64,000 nucleotides of DNA, taken from assembly GCA_024405635.1 (NCBI GenBank), contig JAKSOL010000003.1:32001-96000 (forward strand). The letters run 5' to 3'. This DNA is from Salinivirgaceae bacterium. Its GTDB lineage: Bacteria > Bacteroidota > Bacteroidia > Bacteroidales > SZUA-534. The translations under genes were made by a program, and so were the position numbers. Below, piece after piece: positions 27,335-36,301 of this stretch. The stretch's first letter is position 1; each line of letters starts with the position of its first letter. The notes beneath the pieces are model-generated. The model was not told where the DNA came from, did not search any database, and saw only the letters and a list, made by a program, of their open reading frames with translations.

Positions 27335-29530
27335 TTATTGTCTTTGCAGTCCGTTTCTAATAAAACGTTCTTTGTTACCAGCAAAGAGCACTCGGTACGA
27401 GTCGGTGTTTACAATTTCAAGTATTTCGCCATTGCCAAAATACGCATGCCAAACTTTGTCGCCAACCTCAAAACCATCGCTTGCGGGGGCAACGTTGTTA
27501 AATCCAGCAGCCACAAGGTTGAGTGTGCTTTGCCACAATGATTGGTCCATTTTTCCTTCGGTAACAAACAACTCGCGGTTTATTTCGGTTAAGAATCGCG
27601 AAGGGTATTTTTTCGATTTGTTGCTCAAGTTATATCCTTCCGATTCGGTTAAGAATAGGCATTTTTCGGCACGAGTAACCGCTACAAACATCAGTCGGCG
27701 TTCCTCTTCAAGTCCAGCTTGCTTGCGCTCTTGCACCGATTTTAGGCTTGGAAACATGCCCTCGCTCAATCCAACTACAAACACAAACGGAAACTCAAGT
27801 CCTTTTGATTGGTGAATGGTCATTAGTTTGATGCAGCTTTGATTGGCTGTGCTTCGGTCGAGGTTGGTGTAAAGGGCAATGTCTTGCAGGTACGAGTTCA
27901 GCGTCACGTCGTCTTCTTTGTGGTCTTGCTCGTAAAGTTTAATTGACGACATCAGCTCCTCAAGGTTTTCAAGGCGTTCGTCGTCTTTGTCTTCGCGCAA
28001 CATTTGCTTGTAGCCTGTGTTTAGCAAAATGTGATCTAAAAGGTCAGATATGCTCAATTTGCTTGCAAGTGCCTGATATTCTTCAATTTTGTTTACAAAA
28101 TCGATGGCGTTTATTTTGCAAAGTTCATCGGTTTCAAGGTTGTTTTTCAAGGCCTGAAAGTACGAGCAGTTGTCTCGTTCGGCAATGGCTTTTACTTTGG
28201 CTACAAACACTTTGCCCAGCTTTCGCGATGGTAGGTTTATTACACGCAGAAACGACAAGTCGTCTTCGGTGGCAACCAAACGCAAGTAGCTTAGTGCGTC
28301 TTTAATTTCTTTGCGGTCAAAGAAACGGGTTCCGCCCCAAATAATGTATGGCAGCTGCAGTTTCATTAGTTCTTGCTCAACACTGCGCGACATGTAGCTT
28401 GCGCGGTATAAAATGGCAAAATCCGATGGCTTGGCATTTGCCTTTTCGATGCCTGCTTTTATTTGGTTTACAACCCATTGCGCTTCGTCAACTTCGCTGT
28501 CGCCGTGGTAGTGAACAATGTCGTACGATTGCGATTTGTTGTGGGCAAACAGGTCCTTTTTTATTCGGTTTTGGTTGTGGCAAATAAGCGAGTTGGCAAT
28601 GTTTAAAATATCTTGGGTCGATCGGTAGTTCTCTTCGAGTTTTAGGTCTAAATCGTAGTTAAAATTTAGAAATAACTCGGGTTTTGAGCCGCGCCATTCG
28701 TAAATGGCTTGGTCGGGGTCGCCAACTACAAAAATGTTGTTGTGTTTTTTGCCTATGGTTTCAATCAAATCCCAGTTGCAGCCATTGCAGTCTTGGGCCT
28801 CGTCAACCATCATGTAGTTTATTTTGTCTTGCCAAAAATTGCACACATCGTTGTACTTGTGGAGCAGATAAAGGGCAAAATAGTCGATGTCGGTAAAGTC
28901 GAGAGCGAGCAGTTTTAGTTGCTTGTGCATGAAAAGGTAGTGAGGATCGGCCATTTCTTGCTCGTTGAGCTCGCAGTTGGGCAGCATGTAACGCTCAATG
29001 TAGGCGCAGTTGTCCATCGATTTTAACACTTCCATTTCGTCAAGAAAATTGCGAATGCTCACTTTGTCTTTTTTGCGGCCACATTGCTCAAGAACTTCTT
29101 TTGCTAAAGCTTTTTGGTCTTCGTCGTCAAGAATGGTGAACGATTTTGGGTATCCCATGCGGAAAATATCTTGACGCAAAATTTTGACACAAAGGCTCGA
29201 TAGTGTGCAAATCATGTCGTTTAGGTGACCTGAGTTTACGTACCGAGCAATTCGCGACCTCATTTCTTGCGCAGCTTTGTTGGTAAAGGTAACGCACAAA
29301 ATGTTGGCGGCATCAATGCCAACGGTGTTTACCAAAAAGGCAAACCTTGAAGCTAGTGTTTTTGTTTTTCCCGAACCTGCACCGGCGGCAACTCTAATTC
29401 GGCCATCAATAGCGGTAACTGCCTCGCGCTGGCTAGGGTTGAGGCCTGCAAATGGGTCGTTGTTAATGCTTAGTGTGTGCGGCTTGTTGCTGCTATTTAT
29501 TTGTGGTATGTGCAGTTTGTTTGTGTCCAT
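27335..29530 (-). CDS. UvrD/PcrA-family SF1 DNA helicase
   Basis: AGAGSGKT, VTFTNKAA, VDEAQD, VGDPDQAIY.WRG, NYRST, MTIHQSKGLEF, EERRLMFVAVTRA. Confidence 0.95.
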   Translation of the reverse strand: MDTNKLHIPQINSSNKPHTLSINNDPFAGLNPSQREAVTAIDGRIRVAAGAGSGKTKTLASRFAFLVNTVGIDAANILCVTFTNKAAQEMRSRIARYVNSGHLNDMICTLSSLCVKILRQDIFRMGYPKSFTILDDEDQKALAKEVLEQCGRKKDKVSIRNFLDEMEVLKSMDNCAYIERYMLPNCELNEQEMADPHYLFMHKQLKLLALDFTDIDYFALYLLHKYNDVCNFWQDKINYMMVDEAQDCNGCNWDLIETIGKKHNNIFVVGDPDQAIYEWRGSKPELFLNFNYDLDLKLEENYRSTQDILNIANSLICHNQNRIKKDLFAHNKSQSYDIVHYHGDSEVDEAQWVVNQIKAGIEKANAKPSDFAILYRASYMSRSVEQELMKLQLPYIIWGGTRFFDRKEIKDALSYLRLVATEDDLSFLRVINLPSRKLGKVFVAKVKAIAERDNCSYFQALKNNLETDELCKINAIDFVNKIEEYQALASKLSISDLLDHILLNTGYKQMLREDKDDERLENLEELMSSIKLYEQDHKEDDVTLNSYLQDIALYTNLDRSTANQSCIKLMTIHQSKGLEFPFVFVVGLSEGMFPSLKSVQERKQAGLEEERRLMFVAVTRAEKCLFLTESEGYNLSNKSKKYPSRFLTEINRELFVTEGKMDQSLWQSTLNLVAAGFNNVAPASDGFEVGDKVWHAYFGNGEILEIVNTDSYRVLFAGNKERFIRNGLQRQ

Positions 29531-29571
29531 CGGGTAGGGGTTTGGTATCGGCAAAAATAGGATATTACTTT

Positions 29572-29936
29572 AACGTGAGTTCGACGAAATTAGAATAACG
29601 TCAATTGCTTGTCATCGTCACTGTAGCAATACTCCATTCTGAAAGATTGCATTTATCACTATTATCATCATGACTTCTGGTATTGAAAGAATTGGCGCTA
29701 TATTCTTATATTTTCATTTGCTCGAAACCGTTTCAAGACTTCTTTTCTGTAGTTCAAAGACAAAAAGCTTATAAATTCATATAGTTCAAAGAAAATTTCT
29801 GCAATTTGGCACTCAGTAATCATAGCGAGAATTGTTTTGTTATTTTAGTGGGACACTAAAACACACTATATCTTTCGCTATTTTACTAATAATCAGGTGA
29901 TTAAATTAAAAAAAACAAGTTTATCGAACTTACGTT
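29572..29936 (-). mobile_element. Internally deleted IS982-family-like element
   Basis: Terminal inverted repeats aacgtgagttcga / tcgaacttacgtt. The minus strand keeps a transposase-like N-terminus (MITECQIAEIFF from 29823), PILSIPEVMMI, and a C-terminus DDKQLTLF*. Confidence 0.7.
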
Positions 29937-29943
29937 AAAATAT

Positions 29944-30255
29944 ATGGCTTCCACTGCTGAATACATAGAATTTGTCTGTTCTCAACTTGAGGGTGTTGGT
30001 GTCATTCGTTCGCGTAAGATGTTTGGTGACTATTGCATCTACGTAAATGAGAAGCCTATAATCTTGGCTTGCGATAATCAATGCTATGTAAAGAAGCATC
30101 CTGCTATTGCCGACATGATGGTTGATGCTCTGTGTGGCTTTCCTTATGATGGTGCAAAGGAACATTATATTCTAGACATCGAGCATCGTCGTGAGGCTCA
30201 GGCTGTTGTGTCTGCTCTATTGCCCGTAACACCTTATCCTAAGAAAAGAAAGTAA
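29944..30255 (+). CDS. TfoX/Sxy N-terminal domain protein
   Basis: MAST.EYIEFV...RKMFGDYCIY...CDNQCYVK. Confidence 0.88.
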   Translation: MASTAEYIEFVCSQLEGVGVIRSRKMFGDYCIYVNEKPIILACDNQCYVKKHPAIADMMVDALCGFPYDGAKEHYILDIEHRREAQAVVSALLPVTPYPKKRK

Positions 30256-30295
30256 GTGTAAGGTTTACATCTAATGACAATTATTGATAATATAC

Positions 30296-31315
30296 ATGAA
30301 TAGAGAACATTATATTGATAATCTGAAAGTTTGGCTTACAGTCCTTGTAATTTTTCATCATGCCGGACAAGCGTATGGTTATGGCGGAGGTTGGGCTTAT
30401 AAACCTTCCAATCCAGACGAGTTCATGCCTTGGATTTGGCATTTTTTCTCAGTAAACGCAGCTTTTTTTATGGGGTTGTATTTTCTCATCTCTGGTTATT
30501 TCGTTCCCACGAGTTATGATAGGCAAGGTCTTGCAACTTTCATCCGCAAGAAACTGATTCGTCTTGGTATCCCGTTGCTTGTCATGGGCGGCACGATATG
30601 TGCGATTACTCAGTCGGTAGAGATAGCCCACATGTGGTTTGTTGAGAGTCTTCTTGTGTTTTGTCTCGTCTATGCTTTGATGCGTTTGTTCTGCAAACCA
30701 ATATCGGGAGATTGTGATTCAAAGCCAACTATTATAGGTATGACGATAGTGGCCGTTGTTATGGGGGTTGGCAGTTATTTCATTCGTCAGCTCAGTCCTC
30801 AAGACCATTGGATATGGCCATTGGGAGTCATTCCTTTGCCAATGGAACCAGCACATTATCTTCAGTATGTTATGATGTTCATTTTGGGTGTTCTTGCAAG
30901 AAGGTTTGACTGGCTTAGCAAGATGACAGACAAGGTTGGAGCTGCATCGATGGTTGTTGGAGCCTTGTTGGCTATTGGCATCTACATGCGTAATGGTGGA
31001 TGGTGGGATAACTTTGTGTGGAAATGGTTCGGCATCTATGAGTCTTTCCTTTGCATATTCATCAGTTTCGGATTGCTGTGGCTTTTTCGCAAGTATTTCA
31101 ATCATACGTCAGATTTTATGCAGTGGTGTGCAGCTCAGTCCTATGGCGCCTATGTAGTTCATCTTCTTCTGATGCTTGGTCTCCAGTTTGCATTTGACGG
31201 TGTTTGGATGGGTGCTTTCGGCAAGTTCATGTTTATTGCCATTTTTAGCACCATATTGTCATACCTACTCACATGGGTCTTGCGACTCATTCCTGGTGTG
31301 AAAAAAATATTGTAA
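30296..31315 (+). CDS. Acyltransferase family 3 (OpgC/OafA-like) membrane protein
   Basis: YIDNLKVWLTVLVIFHH, FFMGLYFLISGYF, KKLIRLGIP, SYGAYVVH. Confidence 0.9.
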   Translation: MNREHYIDNLKVWLTVLVIFHHAGQAYGYGGGWAYKPSNPDEFMPWIWHFFSVNAAFFMGLYFLISGYFVPTSYDRQGLATFIRKKLIRLGIPLLVMGGTICAITQSVEIAHMWFVESLLVFCLVYALMRLFCKPISGDCDSKPTIIGMTIVAVVMGVGSYFIRQLSPQDHWIWPLGVIPLPMEPAHYLQYVMMFILGVLARRFDWLSKMTDKVGAASMVVGALLAIGIYMRNGGWWDNFVWKWFGIYESFLCIFISFGLLWLFRKYFNHTSDFMQWCAAQSYGAYVVHLLLMLGLQFAFDGVWMGAFGKFMFIAIFSTILSYLLTWVLRLIPGVKKIL

Positions 31316-31630
31316 AAAATGAAGTTGTGAGAGTTCGCGATAATTGATGCTCCTGTCATTCTTGGTTGAATTAAAAGCAGTTCTACGAGAATAATGTATT
31401 TATTCTCACCATTTCACAACTTATGCTATCAAAGCATAATGTATGTCGATGAATAGGTTTATTTGGCAGAATGCTAAGCTGTTTGAATTGCATTGGGATT
31501 CAAATCAGTTGTTACCACTTATTTCTGACGTACGAAATATGGAAGACTGCAGTTTTTTTGTTTTTTCTTACAAAACAAAAAAAGCCCAGACAATAATGCC
31601 TAGGCCTTAAAAGAGTATTGTAAAAGGTTG

Positions 31631-31879
31631 TTAGTTCAGCATCAAGTGGCGGTTAACCAAATCAACTGTGTTTCCAACAGTTACAAGGTTTACTGCTTCC
31701 TCGTCGTTAATTTGAATGTTAAAACGCTCTTCAATAAAGAATAAAAAGCAGTTCCAATCATCCTCGTCAAAAAACAAGTCTTTTGTAAACGAAGCTTCAG
31801 AATAAATGTTTTGGCGGTTAACGCCCAAACGGCGCAATGTTCTGTAAACGCCCAATTCTATTGTCTTTGCCATTTCCAT
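31631..31879 (-). CDS. Acyl-carrier-protein-like protein (no attachment Ser)
   Basis: EASFTKDLFFDEDD...IEERFNIQINDEEAVNLVTVG aligns with the ACP consensus. Confidence 0.75.
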   Translation of the reverse strand: MEMAKTIELGVYRTLRRLGVNRQNIYSEASFTKDLFFDEDDWNCFLFFIEERFNIQINDEEAVNLVTVGNTVDLVNRHLMLN

Positions 31880-32038
31880 AATCGTGTTCCTTAAAACACC
31901 TATATGACAAACAAGTGCCACATAACCCTACCTTGTTTTTACTTTTTTTTTGAAAAAAATTATTTTTCAAAAGTAGGGTAGGGAAATGAGTTGATTTTCA
32001 GTTGATTGTAAATTGTTTTTCTTGCAAAAAAAACGAAC

Positions 32039-32983
32039 TTAACATTCAGTCTCTTTGCGTTTGCGCCAGAGTTGGTATGAGTTGAAACAATTTTGCCAAA
32101 GCACATAAGTGCCAGCAGCAACACTCGATATTGGTTCAAGATAAGTGTATGACATCCAAATGGCAAGCACTGTGTTTTTTTGGCCTAACGATTGTCCTGC
32201 ACTTATTACATCGTTGTTGCGGCGACCAATGGCCTTTCCAACAGTAAATTGCAGAGCGCACGCAAGCATACTTACCGCACTTAGTCCAAACACAATGCCT
32301 ATTTGTCCCGAATCGTCAACAATCGATTTGGCTGTTTTGCCTGTTACCATTGCCAACGATACTGCCCACAAGTAAAAAGCCCAACTCGAATGGTTGTGCA
32401 TCCAGTTGTAAACGGGGCGTATAATGTATCGGAAAATAACCATGAGCAAGAAAGGAAACAGCAACAATGGCAACACTTTTCCCAACATTTTTAAAAATGC
32501 AGCGGTAAACACCATTCCGTCGTGTGGGTAAATAATTGGAAACACAGTTGGAACGTAAATAGCAGCAACCAAATTTATAAGCACGGTGTAGGTTATGAGC
32601 GTTTCGGCGCAACCGCCAAGTTTTTGTGTTACAACCGATGCCGCAGTGGCTGTTGGGCAAATAAGGCAAACCAATGCGCCTTGTGCCAAAATGGGGTTAA
32701 ACTGAGCTATCGCAATATATGCCACCGACGACACAACTACCTGAAACACAATGAACCACAAGTGCCAACGGGTAAATTTGAAATTCTTTGGCTCGGTTTT
32801 ACAAAATGCTAGCAAAAGTTGCATAAAGATTAGCAACGGAGTGGCCGTTTCTTCAATTTGACGCACTGCAGGTTTTGTGGGTTCCAAAAAACTAAAATTG
32901 TGAAACGCAAGGTAAATTAGCACTCCAGTAACCATTGAAATGGGAAGAGTCCAATCTTTTATAAATGTTACAACTTTGTTCAT
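32039..32983 (-). CDS. Bile acid:sodium symporter-like transporter
   Basis: ICPTATAA.V.T.KLGG, GQSLGQKNT; many TM helices. Confidence 0.82.
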   Translation of the reverse strand: MNKVVTFIKDWTLPISMVTGVLIYLAFHNFSFLEPTKPAVRQIEETATPLLIFMQLLLAFCKTEPKNFKFTRWHLWFIVFQVVVSSVAYIAIAQFNPILAQGALVCLICPTATAASVVTQKLGGCAETLITYTVLINLVAAIYVPTVFPIIYPHDGMVFTAAFLKMLGKVLPLLLFPFLLMVIFRYIIRPVYNWMHNHSSWAFYLWAVSLAMVTGKTAKSIVDDSGQIGIVFGLSAVSMLACALQFTVGKAIGRRNNDVISAGQSLGQKNTVLAIWMSYTYLEPISSVAAGTYVLWQNCFNSYQLWRKRKETEC

Positions 32984-33181
32984 TGCCAAAAAAATGAGCC
33001 GCAAAAATAAGCAGATGCCTGTTTTTTGTCACTTGTTGTCAACCATTTTTTTCTTCGTTGTATATGCCTATAAATATCACCTGTTCAGTCACATTTTTAA
33101 CCCATAATATTTGGGCATAAAACGGCAACCCTTAGGCATAACCTACACCTATTTTTGCAATAGGAATAAAAGAACGTGTAA

Positions 33182-33877
33182 ATGGGTAAATTGTACGATC
33201 AACTTGCTGAAGATGTGCGACTTGAGGAGGGATTGAATGCTTGTATGAACTGCGGCATGTGTACCGCCATTTGTCCCGCCGCCGAGTTTTATGAATACGA
33301 TCCTCGCCGCATTGCCGATATGGTTCAAAAAAAAGACGATGCTATTATTGAGGACTTGTTAAAATCGGAAACCATTTGGTACTGTGGACAATGCATGAGT
33401 TGCAAAACCCGTTGTCCGCGTGGCAACGCTCCTGGATTCATTATTCAGGCATTGCGCAAATTATCGATTAAAATGGGCTACTTTACATGTTCTGAAAAAG
33501 GTCGCCAACAATTTGCACTTAAGCGTACAATTGGCGAAAACATATTGAAACACGGTTATTGCGTGTCGCCAAAATTGGTAACTCCGTGGATGCATCCCGA
33601 ACAAGGCCCAATGTGGGAATGGTATTATAGTAATGTTGAGGGCGTTATGGCTCGTTTGGGTGGTAACTATCAGCAAGATGGTGCAGGCACAATGCGCAAA
33701 ATTAGGCAAGAGGATCTTGACGAACTTAAAAGCATTTTTGACACCACTGGCGGAACCGAAATGTATGAGGCCATTGAGCGCTTTTCTGAACAAAAAGCTA
33801 AGGAAATGGGTGTCGATTTTGAAAATGGCGACTACTTCAACCTCGTTTACCACACTAATTCTCAAAACGAAGACTAA
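33182..33877 (+). CDS. HdrC-like 4Fe-4S dicluster protein
   Basis: CMNCGMCTAICP and WYCGQCMSCKTRCP. Confidence 0.88.
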   Translation: MGKLYDQLAEDVRLEEGLNACMNCGMCTAICPAAEFYEYDPRRIADMVQKKDDAIIEDLLKSETIWYCGQCMSCKTRCPRGNAPGFIIQALRKLSIKMGYFTCSEKGRQQFALKRTIGENILKHGYCVSPKLVTPWMHPEQGPMWEWYYSNVEGVMARLGGNYQQDGAGTMRKIRQEDLDELKSIFDTTGGTEMYEAIERFSEQKAKEMGVDFENGDYFNLVYHTNSQNED

Positions 33878-34926
33878 TGGAACAGGAACTTGGAAAAAAT
33901 GCTGTTTGGGCTAATTACCAAAAAGATATAGCCGACGACCATTATTATTATTGTCGCAGTTGCATCCGACAAGCTTTTTTGCCAGGCTCGGAGCGTATGT
34001 TCCTGCATATTGTTGGCAATGTTCTTGGTAAAGATATTTACGACGACCCAAAGCACACCACTTGCACAGGCATTGCTTACCACTCCGACCTTGTGCCACA
34101 AGAAACCACAGCCACTGTCATTGCTCGCCATTTTGCACTGATGACCGAAGCTGGTTACGAAAACATGGCCATTTCGTGCATCACATCGTTTGGCCTTTAT
34201 ACCGAAATTCTTGAAACTTGGAAAGAGCATCCCGAAGAAGAAGAAAAAGTTCGCGATTACTTGTGGAAAGCCACTCGCCGCGAATTCAAAATACCTAAAA
34301 ACATAGCTCATACTTCCGACATCATCTTCCACTTTCGCCACCAAATTGCCGAAAAAGCAACACGTAGATTGGTCGATGTGAATGGCAATCCGCTTAAAGT
34401 GGTTGACCATATTGGGTGCCACTACGCCAAATTGTTTCCAAGCAAAGGAGTTGGCGGTGCCGAATTTCCGTACGTGTTGGCAGGAATGGTTGATGCGTGG
34501 GGAGGCCAACAAGTTGATTATCCAGAGCGACGTCACTGCTGCGGATTTGGTTTTCGCAACTATTTGGTAATGGCAAACCGCGGATATTCGGTTGCAAACT
34601 CGCATAAAAAACTTGAGTCGATGAAACCCTATCAACCTGATTTAATTGTGGCAAACTGCCCAGGTTGCGCCATGTTTCTCGACCGTTGGCAATACACAAT
34701 TGAGCAGATGGAGGGCAAAACCTACGGTGCAAATGGCCAAGGTATTCCAGTGCTGACTTACGAAGAAATGGCAGGTTTGGTTCTAGGCTACAATCCTTGG
34801 GACCTTGGCATGCAACTACATCAAATTGATGTTGAGCCACTTTTGCTTAAAATGGGAATAGATTACAACCCTGCCGGCAAACACGAGTTGGGTGCTCGTC
34901 AACTAACCATTCCAACACTAAAATAG
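33877..34926 (+). CDS. HdrB-like CCG-domain protein
   Basis: TCTG..CITS, HIGCH, HCCGFG, NCPGC. Confidence 0.88.
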   Translation: MEQELGKNAVWANYQKDIADDHYYYCRSCIRQAFLPGSERMFLHIVGNVLGKDIYDDPKHTTCTGIAYHSDLVPQETTATVIARHFALMTEAGYENMAISCITSFGLYTEILETWKEHPEEEEKVRDYLWKATRREFKIPKNIAHTSDIIFHFRHQIAEKATRRLVDVNGNPLKVVDHIGCHYAKLFPSKGVGGAEFPYVLAGMVDAWGGQQVDYPERRHCCGFGFRNYLVMANRGYSVANSHKKLESMKPYQPDLIVANCPGCAMFLDRWQYTIEQMEGKTYGANGQGIPVLTYEEMAGLVLGYNPWDLGMQLHQIDVEPLLLKMGIDYNPAGKHELGARQLTIPTLK

Positions 34927-34927
34927 T

Positions 34928-35941
34928 ATGAAACACATCGCAATAATTGGCGGAGGTCCCGCAGGAATTGAATCGGCTGCAAGCCTTGCACAACTAGGCT
35001 ACCGTGTAAGCTTGATTGAAAAATCGGCAGAGTTGGGCGGCCATTTGAGCCAAATGTTTACCCTTTTCCCCGACGGCCGAAACGCTGCCGAGGTGCTCTC
35101 TGAACTAATTGCTCATGCTCGACAAAAAAACATAAACGTAATGCTTAATACCGAAGTGATTGATGCTCAACGTAATTTGTCGGGATTTACAATCACACTT
35201 TCAAACCAAAAAACCGTTACTGCCGATGCTTTGCTTATTGCAACAGGTTTCCGTTTGTTTAATGTGGCTCGCAAAGAGGAATACGGTTACGGCATTTACA
35301 AAAATGTGATTAACAGCCTGCAAATGGAAAAGAAATTGCGCACTGGCGACCTAACCATGGCCAACGGTCAAATGCCAAAACGTGTTGTCTTTTTGCATTG
35401 CGTGGGCTCGCGCGACGAAAAAGTTGGTAATAACTACTGCTCAAAAGTTTGCTGCGTAACTGCTGTAAAACAGGCTATTGAGATTAAAAAAATGAATCCC
35501 GAAATTGAAACTTTCTGCTTCTATATGGACATTCGTATGTTTGGACCTTATTACGAGGAACTGTATCGCGAGGCCCAAGAGAAATGGAAAGTGGTGTTTG
35601 TGCGAGGAAAAATTTCAGAGGCAGCCGAAAATATCGACGGACGTTTGCAAATAAAAGCCGAAGATACCTTGATTGGAAAACCACTGCGTATGCAATGTGA
35701 TATGCTTGTGGCCATGGCCGGAATGGAATCAACTGCCGATGCCAAATTTGCTCAAACTCTTAATGTGGCTCGTGGTTTGAATCGTTTTTATAGTTCAACC
35801 GACAACTATTTGCGCTACAACAATACTAACGTTGAAGGCGTGTTTACTGCCGGAACATGCACAGCACCTATGAACATAATCGACACAATTGCCAATGCGC
35901 GTGCTGCTGCATTGAGCATTCACCAATACTTCAGCAAATAA
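34928..35941 (+). CDS. Short HdrA-like FAD-dependent oxidoreductase
   Basis: GGGPAG Rossmann motif, CVGSRD, YCSKVCC, YMDIRMFG. Confidence 0.88.
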   Translation: MKHIAIIGGGPAGIESAASLAQLGYRVSLIEKSAELGGHLSQMFTLFPDGRNAAEVLSELIAHARQKNINVMLNTEVIDAQRNLSGFTITLSNQKTVTADALLIATGFRLFNVARKEEYGYGIYKNVINSLQMEKKLRTGDLTMANGQMPKRVVFLHCVGSRDEKVGNNYCSKVCCVTAVKQAIEIKKMNPEIETFCFYMDIRMFGPYYEELYREAQEKWKVVFVRGKISEAAENIDGRLQIKAEDTLIGKPLRMQCDMLVAMAGMESTADAKFAQTLNVARGLNRFYSSTDNYLRYNNTNVEGVFTAGTCTAPMNIIDTIANARAAALSIHQYFSK

Positions 35942-35944
35942 ACT

Positions 35945-36301
35945 ATGTGGGGTTATTCTATTGCTAAATCGCAAAGCATTGTGTACGACCAAAACGATCG
36001 CACAATAATCAACTACGTGCTTGAGCAAGAACCTTCGTTGCGTACATGTATGGCTTGTGGCGGTTGCACATCAACTTGCTCGGCTGGTAATCTTGTGCCT
36101 TTTAATATTCGCCGACTCAACACTTTGCTGCAACGCGGCGAGTATTCTCAGGTGAAAAAAGAGATATACAATTGCATGCTTTGCGGAAAATGTACCATTG
36201 TGTGTCCACGTGGTGTTAACATTCGCAACGTGGTGCTTAAAACACGCGAGGCTATTATGAACTCAGAAAAATCAGATGCAAATGACACAAATGCCATTTG
36301 A
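35945..36301 (+). CDS. 4Fe-4S dicluster protein
   Basis: CMACGGCTSTC and CMLCGKCTIVCP. Confidence 0.88.
   Translation: MWGYSIAKSQSIVYDQNDRTIINYVLEQEPSLRTCMACGGCTSTCSAGNLVPFNIRRLNTLLQRGEYSQVKKEIYNCMLCGKCTIVCPRGVNIRNVVLKTREAIMNSEKSDANDTNAI

Noticed and set aside
31326-31346. Possible third IS982-like end (gtgagagttcgcgataatt) that would make a composite transposon around TfoX/acyltransferase
   Set aside because: The match needs indels and is short, and no target duplication is visible.
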